From Oculina patagonica (Eukaryota), in assembly GCF_052425735.1 (NCBI RefSeq), contig NC_135759.1:9238001-9302000 (forward strand): DNA of 64,000 nt, read 5' to 3'. Position numbers and translations under genes: made by a program. How positions within the stretch are numbered: the first letter of the stretch is position 1; every line of letters begins with the position of its first letter. A model generated the notes under the pieces. The model was not told where the DNA came from and did not search any database. It saw only the letters and a list, made by a program, of their open reading frames with translations. This document shows positions 26,860-40,024 of this stretch, in pieces.

Positions 26860-28233
26860 TTTCCCTCGCAAATTCACAGGCTCCTCTATAATTCAAGTGG
26901 CCTCCAATTGTAAATAAAACTTCGTGTTACACGACAGGGGGTAAACAACTCAAATAAGCCAATCAAAAACCTTTTCTACTGGTCTAATATTTTCAGGAAA
27001 GGTTTCTGTCATAAAAGTGTAATAATAACCTGTTATAAACGAAGCCCTCTTAAGTCGTATACAAAGAGAATAGCAGCCTGTGGCGTTTAGGGACCTTTAG
27101 CTTGCTGCGCTCTTCCGCACTCTCAATAACTAGGACCAATATTATTCATTTTTTTCCTTGATTAGTGAACTGTGGCCATCTCAAGACTATGAAAGCCATT
27201 ACAGGTCCTGCCTTAGTCTACAACGAATTTTCTTTCTTAATTCTTGCTACGCCCTAAATAATTTAAAGAATGGTTGACAGCAAACATTATTTGTAAGAGG
27301 GCACCCTTTAGCTTCAAGTGCCTATAAGCGAAGCATCGTTTATGATGTTTGCTTCTAGTAGCATAGGCGCTCGAGTCATACAAATGTCAACTCTGAATAT
27401 TGTACGGGCATTTTTTTTAACTATGAGCTCAAAGTGTTCTGTGTGACGTAGTTTTTAAAACTAAAAATTTCCCAAAGGATGTATGGGCTCATTTGCCAAG
27501 CGGTAATTTTGTAGTTTTTTAAACGCCGAATGTCCCTAAATACTACTTGCAAATTAAAGAGATTTAGATTTACAGCCTCTTCAAACGTATGGAGTCAATT
27601 GGTATATAACATGGAGCCTTCTCTATGTAAAGTCATATAATAATAAGAAAAAATGTAAAAGATGCGAGCAGCAAAGTACTTTTAGTTTTAAGGGGGGGGG
27701 GGGGGGGGGGCGGATTCGGGCCCAACACCTCCGTTACCACTTGCACTGAGATATTTAAACTTTAACAACAACAATTGCAGGTTGTAACATATGTTCTCGT
27801 TTTACGTGGGAATTATGTTATCTTAATTTTTTTTTGCCTTTTCATGCCACCACAAAACTGTTTAAGAGTAATCAATAGCATAAAGGAATGCCAAAAGATG
27901 TAAAAGTTATAACAGGAAAGAAAATTTAAATTTTGGAAACAAACACTTGTCAAATGTTGTTGCCATGAAAAAATCAATTATATATAAATACTATACTTTA
28001 AGAACGGCACAGAGAAAGCACTGCTGACTTTAAATTATTTTTCTTTAAATTATTTTAATGTCCAAGTGCAACGCGCACCTTGATTGGCCTCCCCGCCTCG
28101 GACGTTTTTTTTTTTTATTTTGTGCACACATTTGTTTGTGTCTTTGATTGAAAATACTCATCTCACGCATGCACTGCATGTAAAAAAACAACAACAACAC
28201 AAAACGAGGCATAAACAGCAGCAGCTAAATTAA

Positions 28234-28801
28234 CCCTCGGACGTACAAGCAAACTCATACCCCCACCATCGTACAAGGGGGGGGGGGGGGTGGATGGAAC
28301 CCCTCCCCGGAGTTTTCGTTATATTAAGGCGTAGCGAAATTATTTTGCTCTCAGAAGAAAGCCCGTAGCTTACTCTACAAGATGGCGTAATTTTAATTGG
28401 CTGTGACGTCATATGACGTCACGTGACGTCATTAGAGCCGCCATCTTGGATTTCAACATTTTCTTAGAAAGTCACAAAATAACGGAAATTGATGCAAAAT
28501 AAAGTCAGAATGCTTATGGAGTGTTAAAATAAACAAATCTTGCAATTCTGTTTAAAAAAAATGGAAAAAATAAAGAAAAATGTTAAAAATGACGATTTTT
28601 GGCAAGACCTGCCTGTATTTGGCAACGTCAAATATCATGGACACATGGTTGACATATCAAAATTTTGGCAAAGGATGAATGAACAGCTACTGAAAGTTTC
28701 AGTACTGTAGAGTAAATCGTTTTCTCAAAATTTGGAAAAAACCTTATGGGGGGGGGGGGGGGGGGTGGCATCCACCCCCCGCCCCCTTGTACGTCCGAGG
28801 G
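28234..28801. mobile_element. piggyBac-like MITE (family 2)
   Basis: TIR CCCTCGGACGTACAAG with TTAA TSD; empty TTAA site at 13753-13756 in unit 1. Confidence 0.9.
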
Positions 28802-30201
28802 TTAAACAGCCAAACAAACAAACAAACAATCAAACACAAATTAAAAGGCAAAAGCATTTAAACCTGATATTTTATTTCTAAAAGAAAAATTTCTATTTTT
28901 ACATTGATTGAAAATGATGGAAAGAAGCAAACCAATGATCTGTTTTCATGCAAATGGTCAGCAAAACAGTAAACCTCTCATACAGAACTAAAAAAACTGC
29001 GATTAGTATATGTAATTAAGGTTTAATTTCACGCGCATTTTTAAAGTTTTCACAAATTTGCCCGAGTCGCGAAGCGACGCAGGCAATTTGGAAAACTTTA
29101 AAAATGCAAGTGAAATTAATCCTTAATTGCACGAGGGTACATTGCGACTACTTGTTTATCACATAACGGGCAAAATTTTGTAGAAAGAAAAACTTATGAA
29201 GGCCTCGCTGTCGAGTAACCGGTTGGCAAGAATATTCGCTCGCAGCAAAATGACCACATAAACAATCAACGTAAGTCCAGAAAGAGAAAAGCCTACACTA
29301 AAAGTAAACATAACATAGCATGTGCAGTTCACAGATAAAAATGAAACAGTTAAATTGTATTCCCCTCTGTTTGCGAGGCTTGCTGCCGCGTGGAAGGTGA
29401 AACCCCTACCAACTAGTTGTCCGAAAGAGCTTTAATATACCTTCTTAAACCCGACACTCTCCTTTCCACAGCGAAACCTGTAAGTACCAACACAAATTTA
29501 TGCCATTCCCGGGCGGATAATGTGGCCTCTGTTTCTAATAAGGTGGCGTGGAGCGAAGTAAAACGAAGAAATTATCGTTAAGCCTCGGCCGCCATGAATT
29601 TCTATTCTTCGTGTAACGCCAGCCGTCCAGACTAAAAGCGTTTTCGGATTGGATTGAAAAGTCCTCTTTCTATTCCACCAAGGTACCACTCATTCCTGCA
29701 TGCCGATTTTCTTTCACGTTTAATGAAATAACCGCATTTATATCAAACTCAGATCAAGCGCTGCGTTTCTGAACTTTTTTCAAAACTCATTTTAGGCGGG
29801 AAACCAACTGAGTGCTGACGCCGCGCGCTCAGCCTATCAGGATCATGTAATAAAGCCCTTTTGATTACCAAAAGTGCCCGCGTGATTAAGAGAAAATGCC
29901 CTCTGTCTCAGCCAATCAGCATTCAGTAATTTAACCCCATATTTGATAATAAAAAAAAAAAGAGTACGGCAAATAAGTCCATTATTATATATCAATCCAG
30001 GATAGTTTTTAAAGTTGCTATCCAATTTATAAAACATGTAAAACATGTCTGTTAAGCATCTCTGTACTCTATATACAACTGTTCAGTGCTTGGGCTTCTA
30101 ACAAGGATGACCCCTGAGTTTATTGTTAACTTGATAACCTTGCACAGAGTTCTGCAATTTTACGATCTAAATAGGCTGCGTCTGTGTAAACAATCACATT
30201 A

Positions 30202-33200
30202 TTATTTACCACACTTGGTTTTCATACAGACGCGTAGCTTATAGAAACCAAACATTATGGTTTGACACAAGGGAATGCCAATAAAGAAAAGGCAAAGCTG
30301 TGACACAGCGGACAGAACTGGTTGTCCTGTGTAGTCAGTCTGTGGATAAATAAAACCACCACTGGCCGCCCAGTAAATCACTGTAAATACGATATAGGCA
30401 ATGCAATAAAGCATTGGGTAGATAACATGAAACAAGCGAACAGGAACTGAACTTAGCATGGTATCACCAATCATAACTATAGAGTTAACTCCGTGGGAGA
30501 TAATCGCGACACCGATTATTTTGTTATTTCCATTAAAGATCAACAACCAGAAAGCTAACGTCACCAACATGGCGGCCACTGAGGCGATGTTGTAAATTAC
30601 CCATAATGCTTCGTGGAACCAAGCCATTGGGACAGCCGGTGATGATTCAGGGGGGTCTGATGCAAAAATCACTTCACCATCCTCACACACATGCCTGGTG
30701 CCTAAGTTAAAGCTTGTCTCGCACCTATTGGTCAAATTCCTGTTTGAATCTGCAGTATCGGCAGATTTTTCGTCTGTAACCAAGTTTCCCTCGTCATTCT
30801 TCTTCTGGTCTGTTACGTTGTTTCCTCGAGCTCTCTGCTTACGTTTTCTCTTGTAGTGGATGGCCGTTACTATGGCAGCACAAACGAAGTACAGTGTGAC
30901 AAATAAAAAGCTCCAGTTAGTCAGCTTAATATACCACTTGTCAAAAAGTACAGTTACAATCATACAGCCACTGCAGAACGCCGCAATGATGAAGCGATAC
31001 AACAGCACAACTGGTAAGCCAAACCACTGCAAGATAGATAGATCAGACACATGGATAGAACATTTAGCTCAAAAGCTAGTTTACAGGTTCTCCATGAAAA
31101 TACATTAAATACTTGTAAATATTCTGAAAATACTAAAAATGAAAATACATTCTGAATACTTGTAAAAATTCTAATATATAGATTTAGGCACGCCTAAAAG
31201 CGGAGCTCCCCATTTATTAAATTTTCACTGGAGCTTACAATGTTTTCATTCTAGTGAATAAGCGGCCAAAGTACTAATGTTTATGGCGGTTTATAGGTTC
31301 AAGACAAATTTAAATAGCTTACGGTTAAACCGAATGTCAGCAGTACTAGTACGACAAAAATAATAATCTTAAAGCGGGGCAAAATCATTACTCATGGCAC
31401 GAAAAATTACTTTAGAGTACAGTAAATTATCTGCTTTCTAGCAATAGAAAATAGTTTCGCGATCCTGTAAAAGTTTCGCAGCAGTTTAGTAGACTCCACA
31501 ATATCTATTACATTGATATAGGATATATTCAACGTGAATCGCTGAGTCTGTCGGATTAGCTCAATCGGTAAGGTGCCAGTCTGCAGATCGGAAGGTCGTG
31601 AGTTCAAATCCCAGAGGGTCAAGTTTTTTTTTCCTTTTTCTTTTTTTTTTACCCCGTAGCAATAAAATGGTTTGTTTATTATATCAACCCGATATAGCTT
31701 TCGAAACTCCTTCATGTACGATGCTGGCTTTACAGATAGACACGAAAGTCATGGATCGATTATGGCTCTCAATGTCCACTTTTTTGGTTGTCGATTACTT
31801 TCTACACGTAATTTTCAGCCACATTTTGTTTCATTGCTTCTTGTTTTTCTTTTCAAACCTCTTTAAATTTTAAAGGCCGCCTTTATACGGCCGCCTTTAT
31901 ACGGCCTTCTTGCTTCACTATTTCTACCATCAAACTATGGCGGCCATGTTGCGCGACTCCGTACGTACGACGTACGCGCCCGCGAGCTATGCCGCTATCC
32001 ATGTTGACCATGAAAACTCATTTCGATAGTGTTCCTTCTTTCATGCGTATGAGGCTCTGCTCTGCGGCCCTTCGGGCCGCTGTAGAGCTCCGCTAAAAAT
32101 ACTAAACATGACAATACATTCTGAATACTAGTAAAAATTCTAAAAGTACTAAAAATGGAAATACATTATTAAAAACTAGTAAAATTTCTAAAAATTCTAA
32201 AAAAATCAACTATTTACAAGAATCTATTACAGGATTAGAATCACTTAGATTAAAAATCGATATTAAGAGATAAGATATAAAGGGAATCGGTTAAACAATT
32301 AACAACAACTAACCGTGGTTGTGAAAAATATCGTCATAGAGGCTGAAGCAAATTATTGAACTGTGAAACACTAACAAATCGCCATATTTTACCAAAACCA
32401 TGTTAAATAATTGTTGCGGGCCCAAGAGAGGCCCGCAACCCTAATCTTGACAGTGACCAGCGGATAGCGTTTTACGCGTGCGCGCCACGTTTATAAACCA
32501 GGACCGAACCGGAAGTTGAAATTTTTGTTCTTCCACTAAGCACGATCGGAATGCGAAAATGTGTTAATCACAACAGTTTGTCGTAACACCGGAAGAAAAA
32601 AATCTGTTCTCCAAGAGCGATATTTTAAAAACAGCTTGTCACATTAGATAAACCTTCTGTGACATTGAAGGCGTTATGTGTTGCTTTTGAGAACATTTGC
32701 TGTGATTGTATCACAGATAAACCACGGTAAAGCGAATGATTCCAACAACGGTTATTGTCGAGAAATTCGTTATAACACTGACAACATAGCGAGTTTACCG
32801 ACTGAGAAAAATCACATCTAAATTCACACTGCACCGCGTGCGAAAAATCCTTGCGTGACGCGTTACTCAGAATAATTGTCTATTGTCCATTTGATCATTT
32901 CAGTCCTCCTTGTTCAGTCGTTTATTAAGCAATTATTGGATGAGGTTGAGTATGATATCGTGAATTATCAAAACCGAGGTCTGTGTTATCTGCCGAAGCC
33001 GAAGGCTGAGGCAGATAACACAGACACGAGGTTTTGATAATTCATGATATCATGCGAAAACCGAATTCAATAATTGTTTTATTATACGTTTTTAAACAAT
33101 GTGCCAACACTTTTTCTAGCGCCGGCGTAAAACTTCGTCAGAACATTGGCCAAAGCGGTTTTATCTTGTGGTTTCTCCAGGTTCTTCTCCCTCAAATAAT

Positions 33201-35733
33201 CATTCAGAATGTTTACACTTGTTTTTGTTGTTCTCTTGGTGTTTTTAGAATCTTTGTTCTCGATCAAAACTTTCAATTCCTCTTCGGAAATGGAGGCGAA
33301 TCGCTCAGCCATATTTTCAAAAGTTTGACAGCACTACACGGACGAGGGGCTTGGAAACTAGGCGGACTTTGAACTCGACATGATAACCCAATATCTGCAG
33401 CAGATATTGGGTTATCATGTCAAGTTCACATGCTACTGTATATTGACTGAATGCTCTCGACCAATCACATGTTTCAAAGTAATTCTAATGTATAATAATT
33501 ATAATTATCGGCACTGCCTACCAGTACCTTGTCTAAGTGCGTCAAGGCCCGCACTTTCTAGCATGTGGTTACCACTAGTTTTATCATTCGATCTTTGAAT
33601 TTGTTTTTATAATTATCTCCTGGAACTGGAACCCGCGCGCTTCATTACTGAAATAACACAGAAGAAAACCGTAACTTCGCCGTGGATGATACGAGATGTT
33701 TTTTTTAAAAAACACACCGCTAACCCAGAATCTGGATTTTCACAGAATCGGACACAACTGCGCTTGAGCAAGATATTATTTGCAGCAAAATCAGTGTCGG
33801 ACGGTAATGTGTATGAGCAGACCGTTGTTTGTAGGCATAGTTTGCAGGTCACCAGGTAGGCTTTATACCAATGAAAGAGAGGTAAAATGCATCGAATGAT
33901 AAATTCATCGTTTTTTTCGACTCTTTTTGCTTGTTTACAAGCAAAAAAGTAGGAGAATAGCGTTTAGTGGACTCAAATCTGAACCGGAAGGGATCGCATT
34001 CTTGTTAACTCTCAAGGGAATACTTTCCGCTGTGGGTGATCAAAGCGCGTGACTTGTAAGTGTCACTCTATAGTTGTGCTTCAGCACTTCCGTTCTTGTA
34101 GAAAAAACGTGACTTGTCAAATTTACAAACATTATATAAGAATCAAAAACGTGAGTAGCCCAACTCTTACGTCACATAACCAATTAAGAGTGTAAGCGGT
34201 TGTAAGAATGTAACGCAATTTTTACTAGTACAAGTCTTTAGGCGCTAATATTAATTTAACCTAAAACGATTAACAACGCAAATTTGTACTCGTACAAGTC
34301 TTTCACACACTAAAACGTTGCCAATAGTTAACCAAAGGGAACTCATTTGGTGACAATTGATTATTTCTGCTGAGTTGCACAATTGTGCTTCAGCACTTCC
34401 GTTCTTGTAGAAAAAACGTGACTTGTCAAATTTACAAACATTATATAAGAATCAAAAACGTGAGTAGCCCAAATCTTACGTCACATAACCAATTAAGAAT
34501 GTAAGCGGTTCAGCGCTCGAAGACAGTGAAGTTTAAAACGATTAAGAACGCAGTTTTTACTAGTACAAGTCTTTAGGCGCTAATATTAATTTAACCTAAA
34601 ACGATTAACAACGCAAATTTGTACTCGTACAAGTCTTTCACACACTAAAACGTTGCTAATAGTTAAAGACGTTTGAATTCTTCCATGATATGTTCGAACA
34701 ACAATGCCCAGGATAAACCTTCTACTCATACTAACCTCATGCAAAAAAAGTCGATATCTCGAAGAGATCTTTGATTTGATAGAGTTATTCATTCTTTTAA
34801 CGACCATATCGGTGAAGAAAATCGTGTATTGCTTTACGAAATGATTACAGTGTAATCATTTCGGAAAGCAATACAACACTTCATACAATTAATAAGATAT
34901 TGCACGCGTAATGATTGGTTGATTCCTGTCGAAAATACTATCGAAAGCTGTAAGTAGCTTACGTTGGGGACGAACAAAACCCTGGGTTTATTTGATCCGT
35001 AACGCAACATTAGTTCCACGACGTCTTTGCGCATTGTTTTCTTATTGTTTAAAATAATGCAAATTCACACGGACAGACGTGATTTTATTGGAAATAAACG
35101 ACTTCTCAGTAAAGTAGCTAAAGCACCACAAACAATTAAACAACGTCACGACAATCCAAATCTGTATTGGCAGTTGCCAACGCAACGATGATCCCGTAAT
35201 TACCATATTGCATTTCCGGCTTCGGTCGGCTTTCGATTTAACGTTTGGGCGCATTGATCATCGAACTAAATATTTTTATATCACCGCAAATGACATGTTT
35301 GTCATGTCGACACTCGGATAAGAAATACAAAACGCAACCAGGACTATCTTTAAATTAGGCTCAGGAACGATGTTTACTTTATAAGAACTAGTGTTACTGC
35401 ATTCAACTGTCGATAGATAAATATCGATATTCCTCAAACATGAACATATAGACCATAAAGCCATACATTTTACATGACAAGTAAATTATACACGCCCTAG
35501 GAATCATCTAAAGCAAAAAAGTACCACAATCGTTTCGCTTATCCGAACTACAATGTCCGTCCATGCGAAATAATCTCGCAAATATGTTTGCATCCTATGT
35601 ATAGCTGCTAATCATAATATGTAGTGTGTTAAGGAGTCAAACTTACTGGAGATTGTGAAAAATCCTCTGCGTTAGGATACAGCAAACGAAACTGAATCAG
35701 ACGAAACTCGTCGCGAAGAATATTACAGCACAT
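30202..35733 (-). CDS. protein rolling stone-like, paralog B' (303 aa; duplicate of B)
   Basis: Exon 1 35647-35733 (MCCNILRDEF...FSQSP) plus exon 2 30202-31026. The intron is enlarged to ~4.6 kb by insertions absent from B. Confidence 0.85.
31175..32094 (-). mobile_element. Helentron-like element containing a tRNA-like sequence
   Basis: Subterminal IR AGCGGAGCTC / GAGCTCCGCT, hairpin GCGGCCC-ttc-GGGCCGC at one end and TTTAGGC-ac-GCCTAAA at the other. Nested in the 31037-32277 insertion. Confidence 0.55.
31548..31630 (+). other. tRNA-like (pseudo-tRNA, GCA anticodon loop) Pol III unit inside a mobile element
   Basis: A box TAGCTCAATCGG (31557), loop CTGCAGA, B box GAGTTCAAATCC (31600) and an oligo-T terminator. 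Acceptor and anticodon stems pair poorly. Confidence 0.6.
32414..33580 (+). mobile_element. Helentron-like element carrying a nested Crypton-like element, unit 2 only
   Basis: 5' hairpin TTGCGGGCC..GGCCCGCAA; 3' GGCCCGCA + short hairpin + TT; absent from the intron of B. Confidence 0.6.
32926..33498. mobile_element. non-autonomous Crypton-like element with a truncated N-terminal ORF
   Basis: ~150 bp terminal palindrome (loop GCCGAAGGC) and IR TTATTATAC / GTATAATAA. ORF 33082-33312(-) MAERFASISEEELKVLIENKDSKNTKRTT...LTKFYAGARK resembles the N-terminus of Crypton/DUF3504-type tyrosine recombinase proteins (recognised from memory, not searched). Confidence 0.68.
33911..34775 (+). mobile_element. 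non-autonomous Helentron/HINE-like element, unit 2 only, with an internal ~310 bp tandem repeat
   Basis: 5' TCGACTCTTTTTGC plus a local IR; 3' GCAAAAAAAGTCGA + ATCTC-gaa-GAGAT hairpin + CTTTGAT. Empty site tcgTTTgatag at ~16477. Confidence 0.72.
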
Positions 35734-36023
35734 TCTTCGGCAGATTCACTCTGTTATAATTCAGCTCAGTTCTTTGTCTGACTTCTATTTGCTAATGCAA
35801 GAAAATGAATATCTAATTCAGAGAAGCATGTCACGGTCACGATGTCACACAACAGTAAAAATGTACGTGTCTAAAGGAGGGGGGAATTGGGGAATGCTGA
35901 ACACCACATTACCGCAACAAAACTCGGCAAATATTGCAATATTACAAAAAAATGAGAACTACCACGATTTCTGGGTAAGCTTGTATGGCTCAGTAATAAA
36001 CTGCCTTCGCGTGTCGCTTTGAT

Positions 36024-36422
36024 CAGGGGTACCCATCGAGAATATAGTTCAAAACCACTTAAAGATAGCACCGTTCAACGTATTTTAGTATTTAAACGGT
36101 AGTTATAGGCATATTTTTTTCCCCTAAAAATTTTTTATCTGTTCGGATTTCCTAGCTGAAAGTCTAGTGATCCGAAAGTTATAGGGATCAAAACTTACCT
36201 TTTCGAAAAAATTCCAGCCAGAGAAGGGCTCCCGAAAATTCTAGGTGACCTTTTTAGAGTAAAAATCCGTTAAAAATGAACAATTATACCATTTTTTAGA
36301 TATTCGAAAATCCTAGGAAAGGCAGGCAAGCAAAAAAATTTACAACGAATGTTCCGAAAATTCTAGATCTCAAATCGTCTTCCGAACAGATAGTTAACGA
36401 AATATTCCGTTGGGTGCCCCTG
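36024..36422. mobile_element. MITE with CAGGGG termini and 6-bp TSD (hAT-like)
   Basis: Ends CAGGGGTACCCA / TGGGTGCCCCTG with TTTGAT on both sides; empty site gtcgc-ttcgat-taccg at ~17768 in unit 1. Confidence 0.85.
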
Positions 36423-39400
36423 TTTGATTACCGAAAAAATGATGTTTGGTTCACTAGTTATTCGAATTGTGTCGTATATGTGTCGTTGAATAATTGTTAA
36501 ATATATCTACCTTAATATATATAAAATATTGCAAAATCTACAAATGACGTTAACAAAAACAAACATTACTAACAATGAATACAAACTTTGGCTATTATGA
36601 TAACAACTAAGTTAGTTATTTTAATTATGAAATACAATGAACAACTGCCCATTGATTTTCGATCAAACTTTTTTAGTGGGATAAGTTGTTTAGTAACGAG
36701 GACTTGAATTTTAAAATAAAAATGGGGGATCACCGTATTGGTTAAGGAACAGAAGGACCTTGTATACGCCATATAGTTTATAAATGTATCAGCTTCTATT
36801 TTCGCATTGTTAAAGTTTGTCTTTATGCCCGGGGAGAGGGGGAGGGGGCGGACTCTCCTACATAGCCTATACGGGGACGTGCCGCTGGATAGGGTATGGT
36901 TTTTGACTCCTCTGGCCCTCAACAGGGTATATAATTTCAAGCTCCTCTGTCCTAAACAGGGCCTGAAGCTGTCCTTGACAGGGTATGGATGCAAGACTGT
37001 CAACCATGTATTTACAGTGCTTTCACTTTCACTTTAATAAAAAGCATTATTTTATTTTGTGGGATCGGTGTTTTCACATTTCAATGCGTCAAACATCGCG
37101 TACGGAACGCAATCACAATAAAGCTTAAATGATTGTTGATGTTGTCCTTTGTCCTAAATAGTATTGTCCTAAGCAGGGTCAGGGTTTCAAATCCCCAGCT
37201 GCACCAATATACCTAAACTTAGGTCAAGTACCCACCCCGGGCCATTATGTAGTTTGTTTGGACGATTGAAGAGTGCGAGGACAGTTCTAAGGGTTAAAGT
37301 TTGTATGGAATACAAATATTTATAGAACGCGTGAAACCTCTGAAATGCATCCTGCTCAGAAAATATTTCCTCGACTCACTTACATCAGACCTGTCGGTCC
37401 TCAAACCTATGCCCTCCCCAGACTGAGAATACCAAGTTCCATTACAAAACTTAATCTTTGGTCCCCGCGAACGAATACTTCGGAAATCACTGTTCGAGGA
37501 TTTATGTTTGATAGTGCACCCATTAAATCTAATTGAAAACGAGTGTAAATTTAATTCTCTCTACACGATGTGATTTATGACGTCGTGATATACAAAGTAT
37601 TTCCATTAGGTACTCCAATATTACTCCAATATGAGTACCCAAACTCTTAGTGGCTTTTCATACACCCTGTTCGGAAATGTTGATATGTCGTCACTAGTGA
37701 GAAAACCAGACTTTATGGAAAGAGGATAACGTCAATATAACGATTTTTTGGCCAGACCTGCTTTTATTTATGACGTAACTATGGCCACGTCAAAAACCAT
37801 GGACAAATAGATGACGCAAACAAAAAAAAAAACAGCTATTATTTTTCCTCGAAAACAGCTTCGACGCAAGCATACTGCACAAGCGCGATCACAAGCACAA
37901 GGATCATTTTTCTCCTTTTTTTTATACCTGCGCTTGTGCTTTAGTTCGTGTGAAAACGAACTCCGCTTAAGCACAAGAAAAGTGTTTACGTTTGGCCGTG
38001 TCTAGCCAATAAAAGCACATGTTCCACATTCTCCCGCGTTTGAGAACTTGAACAAATTGACGGAGGCCGCGGTTGATTTTGATAAACGTTTTCCGAGGTT
38101 GTTCGGAAGAGTGTTGTTAATTTAAAGACAAAAGCAAATGGGCACAAACACGGGCACGAGTAGCAAAATAAGATGTTTCGTTTTCCTCTTTTTTTAGTCA
38201 AAGTTAGTAGAGGAGACTGACTCTGAGACTAACTCTACTAACTATGTTTTAGTCGCTTTCGCTTAGTCATCACACAAGTAAGAGAGAACAGCACTCGATT
38301 CCTGGAAGTTTCTGCCGCCATATTTATCGAGAGAACGGAGTCGGGAACGGGGTCTTCTAACTTGTAAACATCGAGTACTTATGCTTTTGCTTATGCTTAT
38401 GTCGACGTTCGTTTTCACTTCATGGCACAAACTACTTATGTTTGTGCTTGTGCTTGCGGATTGCGCTTGGACGTTAGCGGGTGTTCCTTGAACCGCAGTG
38501 CACGTGGGGATATCAATAAATTTACATGTACGTCCGAGGCACGGGGGGGGGGGGGGGGGAAGCACTCCCATATATGAGCTATATAGGTATGTGCCGCTGT
38601 GAAGGGTATGGTTTTCAAGCAGTTTAGTCTGGGATAGGGTATAGAAATCAAAGAGTTTTGGTCTAGAAAAGGGTATCATTTGCCGAAAAACTGATAAGAG
38701 GTATGAAGAATTAAGTCCAGAATAGGAATAGAAACCCAAAAGAGAAAGAGGCTTCCCTACACGTGAATAAAATCATTGTGACAATGTTGTTGACAGATGG
38801 TTTTCCTTTAAAAACACTGATCGTGATACAGTTCTAAAAAGAAGCAAGTCTGGGATAGGGTAGGGATTTTCGATATCTAGTCTGGTATAGGGTTGCAAAA
38901 CCAGCTGAAGATGGTCTGGTATAGGGTAAGGGTTTCAGAAGCCCAGCGGCACACCCCCACCCAAAAATACACAGGGTGCCCCCCGGGGTCCGAGGGTAAA
39001 CAATAATGCGCGTGTCAAACCATTACAGCAACAACAACAACAACAACAACGTGATGTTGATGCTCTCGTTAAAGCATTGTTTTGTTGAACAAAACAATGC
39101 TTAAACAAGAGCAACAACATCAAACAAGCAAATAAAGAAATAATATTTAAACCAAATTCGACATCCCTTATTTTACTCCTTTTTATTACACAGCTTGGAA
39201 AAGATAAAAACAGATATACTGTACCTGTACCGTAAACATGTCAACTAATTATAATTATTTATACCGCAAAACGTCCACCCCACACGAAATCGGTATATTA
39301 TAGTATTACTTATTACACGACTAAGGCGGTTCGAGGGCCAATACTTAAATCAGCCAATCAGATTACTTTATTTCCGGTCCCGCGAGGGCCGATATTTTCC

Positions 39401-40024
39401 AAGTATCGGACCGGGTTTTGTCCCGGATGATCCCGCGCTAATTCCCGGGCGATTTAGCGCAAGATTTTTGCAAGATTTGTTTTTTGCAAAAAATTTTTCC
39501 GAGTTTTTATTGCTTTGAAAATGATATGACCCGGCTTACACAGAAATAATTATAACTTCTTTAGCGCGCGTAAAAGTTTTGCCGCACATTGTTTTCCACG
39601 ACATCTTCTAGGTAGCAATTCTCACTACACAAAGTTTCCAGTCGTGTAATAAATCTCTTATTAACCAAGCTTGCTCGGGACCGTACTGGGCGAATATTGG
39701 CCCTCGGTCTTTTTTGTACGGACCTCGCTGCGCTCGATCCGTACTGTCAAGACCTCGGGCCAATATTCGCCAAGTACGGCCCTCGCGCGTGGTTAATAAG
39801 ATATATTTATCTACATTGGTGAAAAACCTTGCAAAGTAACGATGATTTCTATAAAAAAAATACAATTCTAATAAGGTATAGCATCTACATGACTACTGCT
39901 GGCACCGTGCTATAGCTGGGCTCATACCAAAGATGACTTCCGAGTTAAAGTTATAATACATAACATGGTTATACATTTTTGCAATTTTACAAAATAAATG
40001 TAATGTTTTGTGTTAACAGCCTTT

